A stretch of 64,000 bases of DNA, from the IMG/VR virus record IMGVR_UViG_2593339225_000003, positions 32,001-96,000 of that record; one strand, 5' to 3'. A program made the position numbers and the translations under genes. Of this stretch, positions 10,749 to 20,992 are shown in pieces (within the stretch, counting starts at the first letter, position 1; every line of letters begins with the position of its first letter). The stretch is from a virus (Duplodnaviria > Caudoviricetes). The notes beneath the pieces were generated by a model that saw only the letters and a list, made by a program, of their open reading frames with translations, did not search any database and was not told the origin of the DNA.

Positions 10749-12638
10749 CTAATTAACAAAAACGCCCACTTCATATTCTTGAATATTATTCATTAAATCT
10801 TTTTCAAGTTGTGTGAAAAACATATCCCCGTAAGAAACGCTGGTATATCTATCTTTGCGATTTTTACCTTGTTCGTGCACAACAATCACGCCAGTTTGTT
10901 CTTTTCTCTCATAAAGAAGGCTTGTAGTTTCACTTATAAGTGCTTGCGTTTCTAAATATGGAGATTCGTAAAATGCTTGCATTTCTCCATCTTCGGCTTC
11001 TAAGTATTCCTTAATGTTTGGCAGAATATCCTCTTTTGCCTTTTCAAAAGTTACAGGCAAATCAATTCTCTGCGCTTGCAATGTTCCTTTGAAATTCTGA
11101 GCAATATCACTGTTTAATTTTTGAGTTGCATTTACAGCATAAATACACTCTTTTGCTCCTTCTACATAGGTCATTGCTTTATATTCATCATTATTCATAC
11201 AAGCTAAAGGGGAATATTCTTTCCCACGTTCTTCGTCATACATAACCTTTGATAACAAAGAAAGAATTGTTATACCGCCATTTCTTGTGTCCAATACTAT
11301 GAAATCTGCGCCGAAATCTTCATATAATTGTCTTATTCTCAATGCTTGCTTTGTAACATCTCCACCTTGCATTGAATCAATATATGAAACCACTCTACGA
11401 TAACCGTTATCAATAGTGATAGATTCTTGATTTTCTCTATGGATAGTCGTGGCTTCCGGTAAACCTCTCATACAAGTAAAAATAGAATTATCGTTATTTT
11501 TATTTGTAACAAAAGCTATATCGCAGGATATTATTCTTACCTCATTCTTTTGTTTTGGAATATCATAAGGATTTTTCTTTCCCATCCTAAAATCAATTAA
11601 AGTGCGTGGATAGAAAGGATGCTTATTTACTTGATTTTGGCTTAGTAACTTATATGAGAAATAAGCTGATTGGTTATCTTTTAAGCGACAATTCTTAAAC
11701 TCTAATAACCAAGTAAGCCTATCTTGTTTTTTCTTCTCTTTTAATAAATCTTCGCGCTTTTTAATGCCAAAATACAGAGCGACGGTTTCATCAAAGGCTA
11801 ACAGGCAAGATGGTTTTCCATTAAGCATATCATCAAATGCCATATCAACTATTTCCCACATCCAAGTATCTTCTCCGCCATTATCAAAATAGCTTGAACT
11901 AATATATATATCCGTTGCATCCTCTTGCAACTCAGCTACTTTTGAGTAGAATGGTGTAGATAGATAGGGAGTAGGTCTAATAAATTTGAACGGCGAAAGA
12001 ACACTATCATCAATCCATTTTGGAATTTGACGACATTCCTCTCTTACTATGTCCGTGGCTCTATATCCGCGTGCAGCATCGGAGGCTACAACGACGTTTA
12101 TTTTGCTTCCGTTATAAAAGATTACTTCAACATTGTTGTTATTTGTAATAATCTTTTTTATCTCTCGTTTAAGCACCGGCGACCAAGAACATAATTCCTT
12201 TTCAATTTTCTCCGACACCAGTAATTTTGCCTGATTTTTCGTTCCCGAACAAAGCACAATACTTGACTGAGGATAAAGAATAGCCTTACAACAAGCGTAA
12301 ATCGCAATAACAAATGATTTAGCACTCGCGCGGCTTGCGATACAAACAAATGTATTATTAACCCCCATCAAGTAAAGCATTATCACCTGATACAACTTTA
12401 GTGATAGTCCGAGATAGTCAGTAGCAAACCTATGCAGATTTCTCCGCCAAAAAGTTACCCACAATAAAAAATGCCCCAAGAAATTCGCATCGCCCAAAAG
12501 CGTTGTACTTGGGAAATTCTGAGATAACATTTTCTGTTTCTCATCTGCGTGTTCGTAGAGTTTTTTCATTACGCGCGGGTCAATCGTAACTACCGTCTGT
12601 TTCTTGGCGGTCTTTGTCGTACTAATCATCTTCATCAC
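10749..12638 (-). CDS. terL: Terminase large subunit
   Basis: Walker A-like ASRASAKS, Walker B-like ARGYRATDIVREE, nuclease IISCDIA and KDRYTS motifs. Confidence 0.85.
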   Translation of the reverse strand: MMKMISTTKTAKKQTVVTIDPRVMKKLYEHADEKQKMLSQNFPSTTLLGDANFLGHFLLWVTFWRRNLHRFATDYLGLSLKLYQVIMLYLMGVNNTFVCIASRASAKSFVIAIYACCKAILYPQSSIVLCSGTKNQAKLLVSEKIEKELCSWSPVLKREIKKIITNNNNVEVIFYNGSKINVVVASDAARGYRATDIVREECRQIPKWIDDSVLSPFKFIRPTPYLSTPFYSKVAELQEDATDIYISSSYFDNGGEDTWMWEIVDMAFDDMLNGKPSCLLAFDETVALYFGIKKREDLLKEKKKQDRLTWLLEFKNCRLKDNQSAYFSYKLLSQNQVNKHPFYPRTLIDFRMGKKNPYDIPKQKNEVRIISCDIAFVTNKNNDNSIFTCMRGLPEATTIHRENQESITIDNGYRRVVSYIDSMQGGDVTKQALRIRQLYEDFGADFIVLDTRNGGITILSLLSKVMYDEERGKEYSPLACMNNDEYKAMTYVEGAKECIYAVNATQKLNSDIAQNFKGTLQAQRIDLPVTFEKAKEDILPNIKEYLEAEDGEMQAFYESPYLETQALISETTSLLYERKEQTGVIVVHEQGKNRKDRYTSVSYGDMFFTQLEKDLMNNIQEYEVGVFVN

Positions 12639-13530
12639 CGTCTTGTATTGAATATTCTTCGTCCTGCTCGTTCGTGCCGAACTGTAAGTTTTTCAATGGG
12701 CGCGTGAAGAAACGTTTAATTATCTCGCCAATTCCGTCAAAGTCTTTATATAACTTTTGGTCTTTGTAAAACTCTGAAGGAGTATATTTTTCAATAGTCG
12801 CAATAGAAACCCCTGTAACAAAATCCTTGCTTTCAGTAGTGTCCTTAACGGTTTTTAATCCCGCCTCTTTGAACGTTCTAAGGTATAATTCAGACATATC
12901 CTTATATGTCTTTATATCGCCTTCCCGCAAAGATTTCATTTGTTTCATATAGGTATAACACAACGTCGTAATAAATATTTCTTGGTTACTATCGCAATTC
13001 GGGTTTGAATTTTTGAGGAATTTATAGTGAGAGTTCAGGATTGAGTAATCCATAAGGTCAAATCCGACTCCCCACTTTTCCAAATCTTTAGGGTTAATCT
13101 TTTCATCGGGTGCTTCTTCTTGTACATTGTCATATTCGTCAACGATAGCTACACGTTTACCTTTTACTTTCTTCCTGTCTCCCGACAATTCAAAAATGCC
13201 ATCGTTCAAAGAATCCTCAAAAGTTTTCCCGCGATATTGTGTCATATTTAATTTTCTGAAATAGTTTCCAATAACTGTTTCGTTGTTGGTATCGCAACTA
13301 TCGAACATATCCTCATTAAAATATATATCAAATAACATACACATTCTCTGCATAGCCATTTTGTTGCTTTTATATAGATTTCCGTATTCCCAAAATTTGT
13401 GGGAGAAACAATCCTTGCAAATCGGCAACATAGAATCTGTATATAAATTGCTATATGTTTTATAATATTTATTTAGTGCCAGCGGTTTACCGCAAGCGCA
13501 GCAAACCCGCTTTTCGTTTTGCTTCGGCAT
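12622..13530 (-). CDS. Zn-finger protein upstream of terminase (possible small subunit)
   Basis: CCACG...ICKDC N-terminus; overlaps the terL start. Confidence 0.5.
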   Translation of the reverse strand: MPKQNEKRVCCACGKPLALNKYYKTYSNLYTDSMLPICKDCFSHKFWEYGNLYKSNKMAMQRMCMLFDIYFNEDMFDSCDTNNETVIGNYFRKLNMTQYRGKTFEDSLNDGIFELSGDRKKVKGKRVAIVDEYDNVQEEAPDEKINPKDLEKWGVGFDLMDYSILNSHYKFLKNSNPNCDSNQEIFITTLCYTYMKQMKSLREGDIKTYKDMSELYLRTFKEAGLKTVKDTTESKDFVTGVSIATIEKYTPSEFYKDQKLYKDFDGIGEIIKRFFTRPLKNLQFGTNEQDEEYSIQDGDEDD

Positions 13531-13604
13531 ATTTGCCGCACCTCCATCTCAACTAATTTCTGCAATTTTAACTAAAAAGAGCCACCCAAACGGGTAGCTC
13601 CGAT

Positions 13605-14210
13605 TTAATCATCTACATTATCATATTGGTTCAATATGTAACTGAAATAATCCAAAGCAGCACCTATTGCTTGAACTGCAAGCCTGCGTTCGCAGTTTGA
13701 ACAATCTTCGCAACATTCGCCGCAATCTTCGTCATCTTCTTCAAAGAAATCATAAATTTCGTCGTCCTCATCGAAATCGTAAAGACCGTCAAATTCGTCA
13801 TCAAGAAGAACGCTATATATATCATCGTCGTCATCTTCGTAAACGATTTCATACTGTTCGCAATTATTACCGAGCGCAATTTTATTTGAAACATCACCAT
13901 CAAATAACATAATGTCTGTTTCCGCACTCAGCATTTTGCCCTCATCCATAAAAACAGGAACAATACTTAACACAAATTCGTTAGTAAGAGTAACATAATA
14001 CTCTTTTTCATAATCTCCGTGGATAAAGATAACGCCAGTTTTAGTTTCATCATAATCAATAAGCCATTGCCACAATTCTTTCGCGCCTTCCTCAAAAACA
14101 ACTGCGGTAATGGTCTTTCCGCCCTCGGCAACATCGTACATATGGCAACCGAGGTCTATAATGCTATCAAAAGTTTTTTCTTTCATTTTCTTATCCTCAC
14201 TTTTCAGCAA
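13605..14210 (-). CDS. Acidic hypothetical protein
   Basis: 201 aa with D/E-rich C-terminus and a CxxCCxxCxxC cluster. Confidence 0.6.
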   Translation of the reverse strand: MLKSEDKKMKEKTFDSIIDLGCHMYDVAEGGKTITAVVFEEGAKELWQWLIDYDETKTGVIFIHGDYEKEYYVTLTNEFVLSIVPVFMDEGKMLSAETDIMLFDGDVSNKIALGNNCEQYEIVYEDDDDDIYSVLLDDEFDGLYDFDEDDEIYDFFEEDDEDCGECCEDCSNCERRLAVQAIGAALDYFSYILNQYDNVDD

Positions 14211-14490
14211 TAATATTTTTTATTGTATCGCTTACCTTACACCTAACAACTTTTGTTGCGGGGAATAATTCAATTTGATTTGTCGCGGGATTTCTCGCCT
14301 TTCTCGCGGCGCGGTCTCTAACTTCCATACTTAGGAAGCCTTTCCACAAAATTCGCTTTTCCTCAATCAGTGCATCGGTAAATATGTCAACGAGCGTATC
14401 GCAGACTTCCGAATATTTTTGCGTAGTTTCCTCGGTAATATTTCCGTCAATTCGCTCGGCTAATTGTTTAACAATCTCATTCTTTCCCAT
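14197..14490 (-). CDS. HU/IHF-family DNA-binding protein
   Basis: RAARKARNPATNQIELFPA arm motif, 97 aa. Confidence 0.85.
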   Translation of the reverse strand: MGKNEIVKQLAERIDGNITEETTQKYSEVCDTLVDIFTDALIEEKRILWKGFLSMEVRDRAARKARNPATNQIELFPATKVVRCKVSDTIKNIIAEK

Positions 14491-14504
14491 TTTTCTCTCT
14501 CCTT

Positions 14505-15758
14505 CTAATCAAGTGGAATATCGCATAATGCTTTCACTCTATGTTTTTCTGTAACCACAGTAACGGTTTGCTCTGGTGTGCCGACAAGTCTTGAGTCTAT
14601 TGTGTAACTATCCATTCCGTCAACACAACCGCTCTGAATAACCTTAACATCGTCTATGGTTTCCATCGAATTTGTGTGTCTATGTCCTAAATAACACATA
14701 TCCGGCAGCGGCAATTTAGCCTTCCGCGCAAAATTAGTCATATGATAAACCACATTTTTGACGGTATCTTTGTCGCCGTGCGTGGCATAAACCATATGTC
14801 CTCTAACCATAAAAGTAGCTATATCGCAATCAAGATAATTACTGACAAATTCAACATTCTCAACGTTTTTCAAGTCTTTCCCGCAAATGTAGGGAACTAA
14901 TAAATCAAAATTCTCGCCTTTTATGGTTTCTTCTTTACTCGCGGTTGAGCGTGAATGATTTCCTGCGGTTGTATGTACTTCGACTTTATTAAAGACTTTA
15001 CTCAGTTCATAAATGAAGTCGCTTATCAAATCTGTAACGACCATAATCTGAGTAATAATATTTTCTTTGGCTTCAATCCGCGCATTTAAGTGGATGATGC
15101 CGCTAATATTGTCGCCGCCCAAAATCAGGTAAGCATTTTCCGACTGATACATTCTTTGGATTTCAATAATCTCATCGAGATATTTTTGTAAACGCTCTTT
15201 CAAGATTTCAGTATTAAACTGATTCATTGGCGAATTGATATTAACTCCGCAATGAATGTCCGTTAAATGAATAATCAGGTCGTTATCGCCCTTCCGCGCA
15301 GTTGGCGGCTGATAGTCAAATCTAATCGGGCGGTATTCTTCAATGGCACGTTTTACAATATCAAACATTGATTCGCGACGAGCTTGTTCGCGGAGTGACT
15401 TGTTATAAGCTGTGCGCTCGTCGAATAATTGTTGCTTTGCTTTTCTGACCTCTTGCTTGGCTTCTCTTAATTCCTCGATGTACTGCTCTTGCGAAAAATC
15501 CTTAAACACGCCAGATTCATAAAAACACTTTGCTTGTTGATATGGTTTCCTATATGCCGCTTCACTACGATAATCTGAAATATCATCTCTAAATTCTTTA
15601 TTCATAATATCGGCAATATCGTCCCAACTATATTCAACTAATCCATTGTCTTTGGCTTGTCCAAGTCGCCATAAATAACTCTGTTCGTTTTCATCCTCAA
15701 ATCTTCTAAACAATCTCTTTCCACCTTTCTTGAAGTTTAGCGGAAAGAATATCCGCAA
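14505..15758 (-). CDS. Calcineurin-like metallophosphoesterase
   Basis: DIHCG, GGDNI, AGNH, THGD and GHRH motifs. Confidence 0.85.
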   Translation of the reverse strand: MRIFFPLNFKKGGKRLFRRFEDENEQSYLWRLGQAKDNGLVEYSWDDIADIMNKEFRDDISDYRSEAAYRKPYQQAKCFYESGVFKDFSQEQYIEELREAKQEVRKAKQQLFDERTAYNKSLREQARRESMFDIVKRAIEEYRPIRFDYQPPTARKGDNDLIIHLTDIHCGVNINSPMNQFNTEILKERLQKYLDEIIEIQRMYQSENAYLILGGDNISGIIHLNARIEAKENIITQIMVVTDLISDFIYELSKVFNKVEVHTTAGNHSRSTASKEETIKGENFDLLVPYICGKDLKNVENVEFVSNYLDCDIATFMVRGHMVYATHGDKDTVKNVVYHMTNFARKAKLPLPDMCYLGHRHTNSMETIDDVKVIQSGCVDGMDSYTIDSRLVGTPEQTVTVVTEKHRVKALCDIPLD

Positions 15759-15760
15759 AC

Positions 15761-16387
15761 CTATAAAATTTCATCCATATCACAATCTTGACCGACTATG
15801 TAATCCACAACACCAATATCTTTGCCTTCTTTGGGTAGGAAATACCATTCTCTCCGATAATTATTGTCGAAGCTATCCCCCGAAATCGCGGATTGTGCAA
15901 TAACATAATCTTTGGTCATCTTCTCGATTTGATTAATTGAAAAATCTAAATAGTCTTTCACTTTTGCTGTGCTGTTAGCATCTGAACTTTGCCCGTCGTG
16001 CAATAGAAATTCACTGTGCGGGAAACTAAATCTCTTATGACCCGCCATAAAAACTAATAAAGCCATAGAGAAACACATTCCCAAATTGATTGTATAAACG
16101 GGCGTTTTTGATAATTTGATACAGTCAATGAGTGAAAAACCGTCAATTACTGAACCGCCGGGGCTATTTATATACAGCCTTATCGGTTCTCTATCTTCAA
16201 TGTCAATATCTCTATCTAAACGATTGCAACGCATAATTTGATATACAATTACGTCAACCGCGCTTTCGTTTATTTCAGAATTAAGATAAATCCTTCTATC
16301 AAGATTATCTTCCATTATGAATTTATCGTTATAATCATAAGAAAACGATTCTTCTATATCTCGCATTTCTTCAATATTCTCAACCAT
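15761..16387 (-). CDS. clpP: ClpP-like protease
   Basis: LYINSPGGSV, CFSMA (catalytic Ser) and LLHD motifs. Confidence 0.8.
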   Translation of the reverse strand: MVENIEEMRDIEESFSYDYNDKFIMEDNLDRRIYLNSEINESAVDVIVYQIMRCNRLDRDIDIEDREPIRLYINSPGGSVIDGFSLIDCIKLSKTPVYTINLGMCFSMALLVFMAGHKRFSFPHSEFLLHDGQSSDANSTAKVKDYLDFSINQIEKMTKDYVIAQSAISGDSFDNNYRREWYFLPKEGKDIGVVDYIVGQDCDMDEIL

Positions 16388-16397
16388 AATGTATCTC

Positions 16398-17834
16398 CTA
16401 TAAATGTATCATCATTCCCTTAAAGGATTGAATGACACGATATGTTTTATCATTTTTTGATATTTCTTCTTCTAATTTCTCAGCCAAACACTTTTTAGCA
16501 TCTGCCGCGCCGTGTACCAAAACCAATTTGTTTGTATTCAGCGAACTTCCGTATTCCACCAAATCGTTGAAACTTGCGTGGCTACTGAAAGTCGTGAGAT
16601 TTATACAATCCGCGCGGTTTGGCACTTGTTCGCCATTTATCTTAATGAACTTGTTATCACGATAATTCTTAATCCGATAAGACAAGTAAGATGGGTTATC
16701 GCCTGTGTAACCAGAAAAGATAACCATTGAGTTTGGGTCGCGTAAATATCTTTTCAAATATCCGACAATTCTGCCGTTCGTGCAAAATCCAGAAGAAGAA
16801 ATAATTATCTTTGGCATACGGTTTGCAATAACATTGTTGGATTCGTCTTTATCTTCAATGAAATGCACATTCTCCCATTCAAAAACTTCCCGCCATTTTT
16901 CAGCGTTATCTCCATCGAGCAATCGTGAATACATTCTTGATATTTCACAACTCAACATTGAATCAATAAAAATAGGCGTACAGAAATTCTTCTGTGCGCC
17001 ATAAATTTCGTATAATGTTGTAAGTAATTCTTGTGTGCGGCTAAAACTGAAACAGGGGAGAAGTACCGTACCTTTGCGCTCGATAACTGTATTTATCGCG
17101 GACTCAAGCAATTTGATGTCATATGAGCGTTTCTTTTTGGTTTGCCGTTTAGCCAATCCGTAGGTACTCTCTAAAAGACAAACATCTATGTGCCGGCTCG
17201 GAATTTCAGTATTCGTAACATAATGATTTTTGGATTTTAATGCTCCGATGTCTGACGTATATAAAACTCTTTTCGTTGAATTTTTGTCGCGGAGTGTTAG
17301 TAACAACTGAGCCGCGCCAAGACAATGAGAATTTCTTAACCATTGAAAACTTACATTGTCGTTCAAAACATAATCTTTGTTATATTCGTTATATACCTCA
17401 ACCAATTCCAATGCTTTGTAAACATCTTCTTCTTCGTATAGAGGCTTATAATCTCGCTTGTATTTTCGAGATAAAATCCGTGCTTCTTCTTTAAGTATTG
17501 CACAGGAGTTTAATAACATTGGTTTTAGCAATTCCGCAGTTTCTTTTGTGGCTATAATTTTACCACGAAAACCCTCGCGGACTAATCTACCTATGCAACC
17601 TGAGTGGTCGATATGAATATGATTTAGGAAAACAAAATCAATTTCTGAGGGTTTGAACTGATATTTCGCGGAATTTGCTCGATATGATTCTATGTAATCG
17701 TTAGATTGAAATAATCCACATTCAAGCAAGCATTGGGTATGTCCGAATTTAATAAGATACTGAGAACCCGTTACATCCTCGGATGCCTTTCCCGTGAAGA
17801 ATATGCCATTTGATTTTAGTTTCTTTTTAGCCAT
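16398..17834 (-). CDS. MBL-fold beta-CASP ribonuclease
   Basis: VTGS, HIHIDHSG, SHCLGA, YTSD, LESTYG, FSSHA and VHG motifs. Confidence 0.9.
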   Translation of the reverse strand: MAKKKLKSNGIFFTGKASEDVTGSQYLIKFGHTQCLLECGLFQSNDYIESYRANSAKYQFKPSEIDFVFLNHIHIDHSGCIGRLVREGFRGKIIATKETAELLKPMLLNSCAILKEEARILSRKYKRDYKPLYEEEDVYKALELVEVYNEYNKDYVLNDNVSFQWLRNSHCLGAAQLLLTLRDKNSTKRVLYTSDIGALKSKNHYVTNTEIPSRHIDVCLLESTYGLAKRQTKKKRSYDIKLLESAINTVIERKGTVLLPCFSFSRTQELLTTLYEIYGAQKNFCTPIFIDSMLSCEISRMYSRLLDGDNAEKWREVFEWENVHFIEDKDESNNVIANRMPKIIISSSGFCTNGRIVGYLKRYLRDPNSMVIFSGYTGDNPSYLSYRIKNYRDNKFIKINGEQVPNRADCINLTTFSSHASFNDLVEYGSSLNTNKLVLVHGAADAKKCLAEKLEEEISKNDKTYRVIQSFKGMMIHL

Positions 17835-17843
17835 ATACGCTCC

Positions 17844-18029
17844 TTATGTGAGTTTTTTGGCTATGTCTACATATTTGTCCTCTAAGTATCTTCTGTGGCG
17901 GGTACGATAAAATCCTACGATGTCGCCGTTTTGTTTAACATAACCTCTTGTTGAATTGCGGATAACACCTTTTTCAATTAGTGCTTCCATTTCCTTTTTT
18001 GTTATTTCTTTCAATTTTGGTGTAACCAC
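17844..18029 (-). CDS. Small basic hypothetical protein
   Basis: 61-aa ORF co-directional with the operon. Confidence 0.5.
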   Translation of the reverse strand: MVTPKLKEITKKEMEALIEKGVIRNSTRGYVKQNGDIVGFYRTRHRRYLEDKYVDIAKKLT

Positions 18030-18057
18030 CTTTTGTAAATTTAGCTTTCGCTATGTT

Positions 18058-18131
18058 TGGAGCTGAAACCGAGAGTCGGACTCGGATTAGTAGGTTACAA
18101 ATCTACGGTACTACCATTATACTATTTCAGC
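18058..18131 (-). tRNA. tRNA-Thr(TGT)
   Basis: Cloverleaf, anticodon arm GTAGA-TT TGT AA-CCTAC, encoded CCA; T-loop slightly atypical. Confidence 0.8.
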
Positions 18132-18149
18132 ATATTACCCTTGCGGGTA

Positions 18150-18954
18150 TTAAGCGGCATTTCGATAATATGATGAATGTCGCGGGATATTATATTTATC
18201 GCACCATTTACGAACCGCATTGTCTGTTACTCCATATATTTTACCGACACTTACAAAAGAATTTTTTGATAGTAAATCAATTAATTCTTTCTTACTTGGT
18301 ATATATTGAATTAATTGTTTGTTATAACAATCAGGACATAATAGTGTTTTGCATTTTCCACTTAATTTTTTACCACACTGCAAACACGCATAATCTCTTT
18401 TTACTCTAATAGAAACATCTTTATTTTCTTCTTGCCTTTGTGCAAAAGATTTTTTATTGTTTTTTATTGCAGTTTGCCTAATCGGGTATTGTTTATTGTC
18501 ATCTTTCCAAGTATTTCCAACATTTATTTGAGAGATTGTATTAAAATGCAGTGAATACTTTTTTGCAATTTCATTTTCAGTTAAAATGTTTTCTTCTAAA
18601 TCAACAATTATTTTATTAACAGTATCTTGATTTAATTTTTTATAGTATAGCATATCGCCTCCAGCAGTGAGATTATAACCATTTGGATATTTGGTGTTAT
18701 ATTTAGCAATATAATATATTTCTTTTTCTTTTAATTCTTCTTTTTTATATCCTTCGATAACCTCAAAATTAAAATTGTTAAATCCAAAATAGTTAAGCAT
18801 ATGATGAAAGTAAGAATTTTCTGTTGATTTACCAGTATCTCTTTTGACATCACTCTTATTTTTTATGTTGATTATATCTTCTTTTTATATTTGTACTTTG
18901 TCCAATATAAGATTCACCTGTTATTTTGTTCGTAAATTTGTATATTCCTATCAT
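18150..18954 (-). pseudogene. GIY-YIG homing endonuclease split by a 1-nt frameshift
   Basis: MIGIYKFTNKITGESYIGQS N-terminus stops at about 18856. Removing one A from the A6 run rejoins it to the 18150-18800 ORF (PNGYNLTAGG, C-terminal HTH). Confidence 0.8.
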
Positions 18955-19174
18955 AATAAAACTTCCTTTCTGCAAAAAGATATAAAAAAACAAAGTTAGT
19001 AATTGTTGTTGCAGCAACAAAAAGAGAGCGACTCTCTGTCCTAACTTTGTATTTTGACAAATGTATTCGATTGTGAACAAAAAACTTTCGATTTCTAAAA
19101 ACAATAGAAACAAACGATGTTTAATAAAATATCAAATCAGTATAACTCTACCAACTGAGCTACACGAGAATATA

Positions 19175-19250
19175 TGGCGGCTCTATGGGGACTCGAACCC
19201 TAAACTCCGCCGTGACAGGGCGGTGCTTTAACCAGTTAAACTATAAAGCC
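19175..19250 (-). tRNA. tRNA-Asp(GTC)
   Basis: Cloverleaf, CCGCC-CT GTC AC-GGCGG, CCA end. Confidence 0.9.
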
Positions 19251-19253
19251 ATA

Positions 19254-19341
19254 TGGTGGGCAGGAAAGGATTTGAACCTTTGAATCGTTGCCGAAACAGT
19301 TTTACAGACTGCTTGCTTTGACCAGACTTGCATACCTACCC
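19254..19341 (-). tRNA. tRNA-Tyr(GTA)
   Basis: GCAGT-CT GTA AA-ACTGT, long variable arm, CCA end. Confidence 0.9.
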
Positions 19342-19344
19342 ATA

Positions 19345-19420
19345 TGGTAGCGGATGCCGGAGTTGAACCGTGCGCCACTCGATTGAAAGCCGAGTATCTT
19401 GACCGCTTGACTAATCCGCC
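19345..19420 (-). tRNA. tRNA-Glu(TTC)
   Basis: CTCGG-CT TTC AA-TCGAG, CCA end. Confidence 0.85.
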
Positions 19421-19783
19421 ATTTGATTGAACTATTATGCAAAATATGTAAATCGCGGGAATTGCACAATCAATTACATCTACTCATACAACGATTAAAT
19501 TGTAAAAGCAGATAGTTAGTCTTTTTTATAATGTAGATAATGTAGAAGGATGATTGTGTTTAGCCGCGTTGTTTTAAGATGCGCCGACGCAGCTTTTGCC
19601 GCGCCAACGCCAATTCTGAAAGAGAAAGATAAAGAAATGAGAGTATAAGTGGGTTATCCCCCACTCATATAAATAAAAGGATTCGTTTGTGTAAATTGCA
19701 CAAAATACCCTGTAAACCCTCTAAAATAGGGCGTTTTTGTTGTGAAAAATGCACAAATTTCTTTGATTTCTCTCATATTTGCG

Positions 19784-20992
19784 CTATGAACAAATTTTAT
19801 GCCTATACCGATATTTACGCTCTTTGTCGATTCTTTTTCTTTCATTGCGATGGCAAGTTTCACAACGAATTTGACGTGAGTGCGCCGATATAACATATTC
19901 TTTGCCACAATCAATACATTTTTGAATTTTGTATCTCTGCAATTTATAGGTTGAACAATAATCGCAATACTTTCTCGTTCTGTTCTTATTGTTCATAATA
20001 AATGAACCACACTTTTCGCACTTTGATACATTTTGATTACCCACATATTCTTCTAAGAGTAAATATATATTTTCATCTATCGTAAAAGAAGAAATTGTTT
20101 TATAAACATCGCAAGCACTTTCGTTAGCACAATAAGGAATACGGTAACGATTCCCATAAATCTCTATGTAACCATCATCCTCTAATTGCTTTATTAAATT
20201 CTGTCGTTCTTGCTTTTTAACTGATACCTTACCTAATTTACATATTGCAGAATTATTAAATTCAATGTAGTCGCAATTATTGTTTGACTTTAGTTTATAA
20301 TAAATTAATGTTCCAAATGCAATCTTTTTTATTTTTTTATTCTTTATCCCGCAAATATAATTTAGCTCCGACTCGTACAAAGTAAACTTTGTATTACCTA
20401 TAAAATCAACGATTTGAGATTCTGATAAACCATATATTTGGTCAATTAATTCTTGCATAAAAATATTTCTTCTGACATTATTTGTTAAAAATTTTTCTTT
20501 TGCCTTTTTGCTTATTTCAATCAAAATATCTTTAGCTATTGATTTAGAAAATCCATTTAACCGTAAATACATACAATAATACTTCAACTTGAAAAGTGTC
20601 CGACCTTGCGCCTTAACAAAATCTCTATTAATTTCTGAAATATATTTTTTAGGATTATATATTTCTGGGTGCTTTTTGAAGTTGCCAGGAGCAACAGCAG
20701 AACCAACGGCAATTCCTTCTCCGCCAGTTGCGAGATTATAATACATATCATCATCAATGGCGTTGCGCTTTTTAATTTCTTCTATTTCCAAATTAAACGC
20801 TTCTTCCTCTGAATCACAATGATGCAATATTTCTCTGCGAAAACTATTTCTGCCATATTTTGATATTGCTTTAGCAATTAGCACTCCACTACCTAAATAA
20901 TTGTCATCTTCGATACTTTTATCGGTTGAATGTTTTCCAATATATTTCTTGCCATTCACTAAATTGGTAGTTAAATATACATAATGGTTCAT
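19784..20992 (-). CDS. GIY-YIG domain fused to a paralogue of the neighbouring Zn-finger protein
   Basis: YVYLTTNLVNGKKYIGKH...YLGSG...YYNLATGG N-terminus; C-terminal half aligns by eye with 20989-21861. Confidence 0.7.
   Translation of the reverse strand: MNHYVYLTTNLVNGKKYIGKHSTDKSIEDDNYLGSGVLIAKAISKYGRNSFRREILHHCDSEEEAFNLEIEEIKKRNAIDDDMYYNLATGGEGIAVGSAVAPGNFKKHPEIYNPKKYISEINRDFVKAQGRTLFKLKYYCMYLRLNGFSKSIAKDILIEISKKAKEKFLTNNVRRNIFMQELIDQIYGLSESQIVDFIGNTKFTLYESELNYICGIKNKKIKKIAFGTLIYYKLKSNNNCDYIEFNNSAICKLGKVSVKKQERQNLIKQLEDDGYIEIYGNRYRIPYCANESACDVYKTISSFTIDENIYLLLEEYVGNQNVSKCEKCGSFIMNNKNRTRKYCDYCSTYKLQRYKIQKCIDCGKEYVISAHSRQIRCETCHRNERKRIDKERKYRYRHKICS

Noticed and set aside
19135-19170. tRNA split by a group I intron encoding the GIY-YIG nuclease
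   Set aside because: No matching tRNA 3' half was found beyond the nuclease gene; the next element is a complete tRNA-Thr
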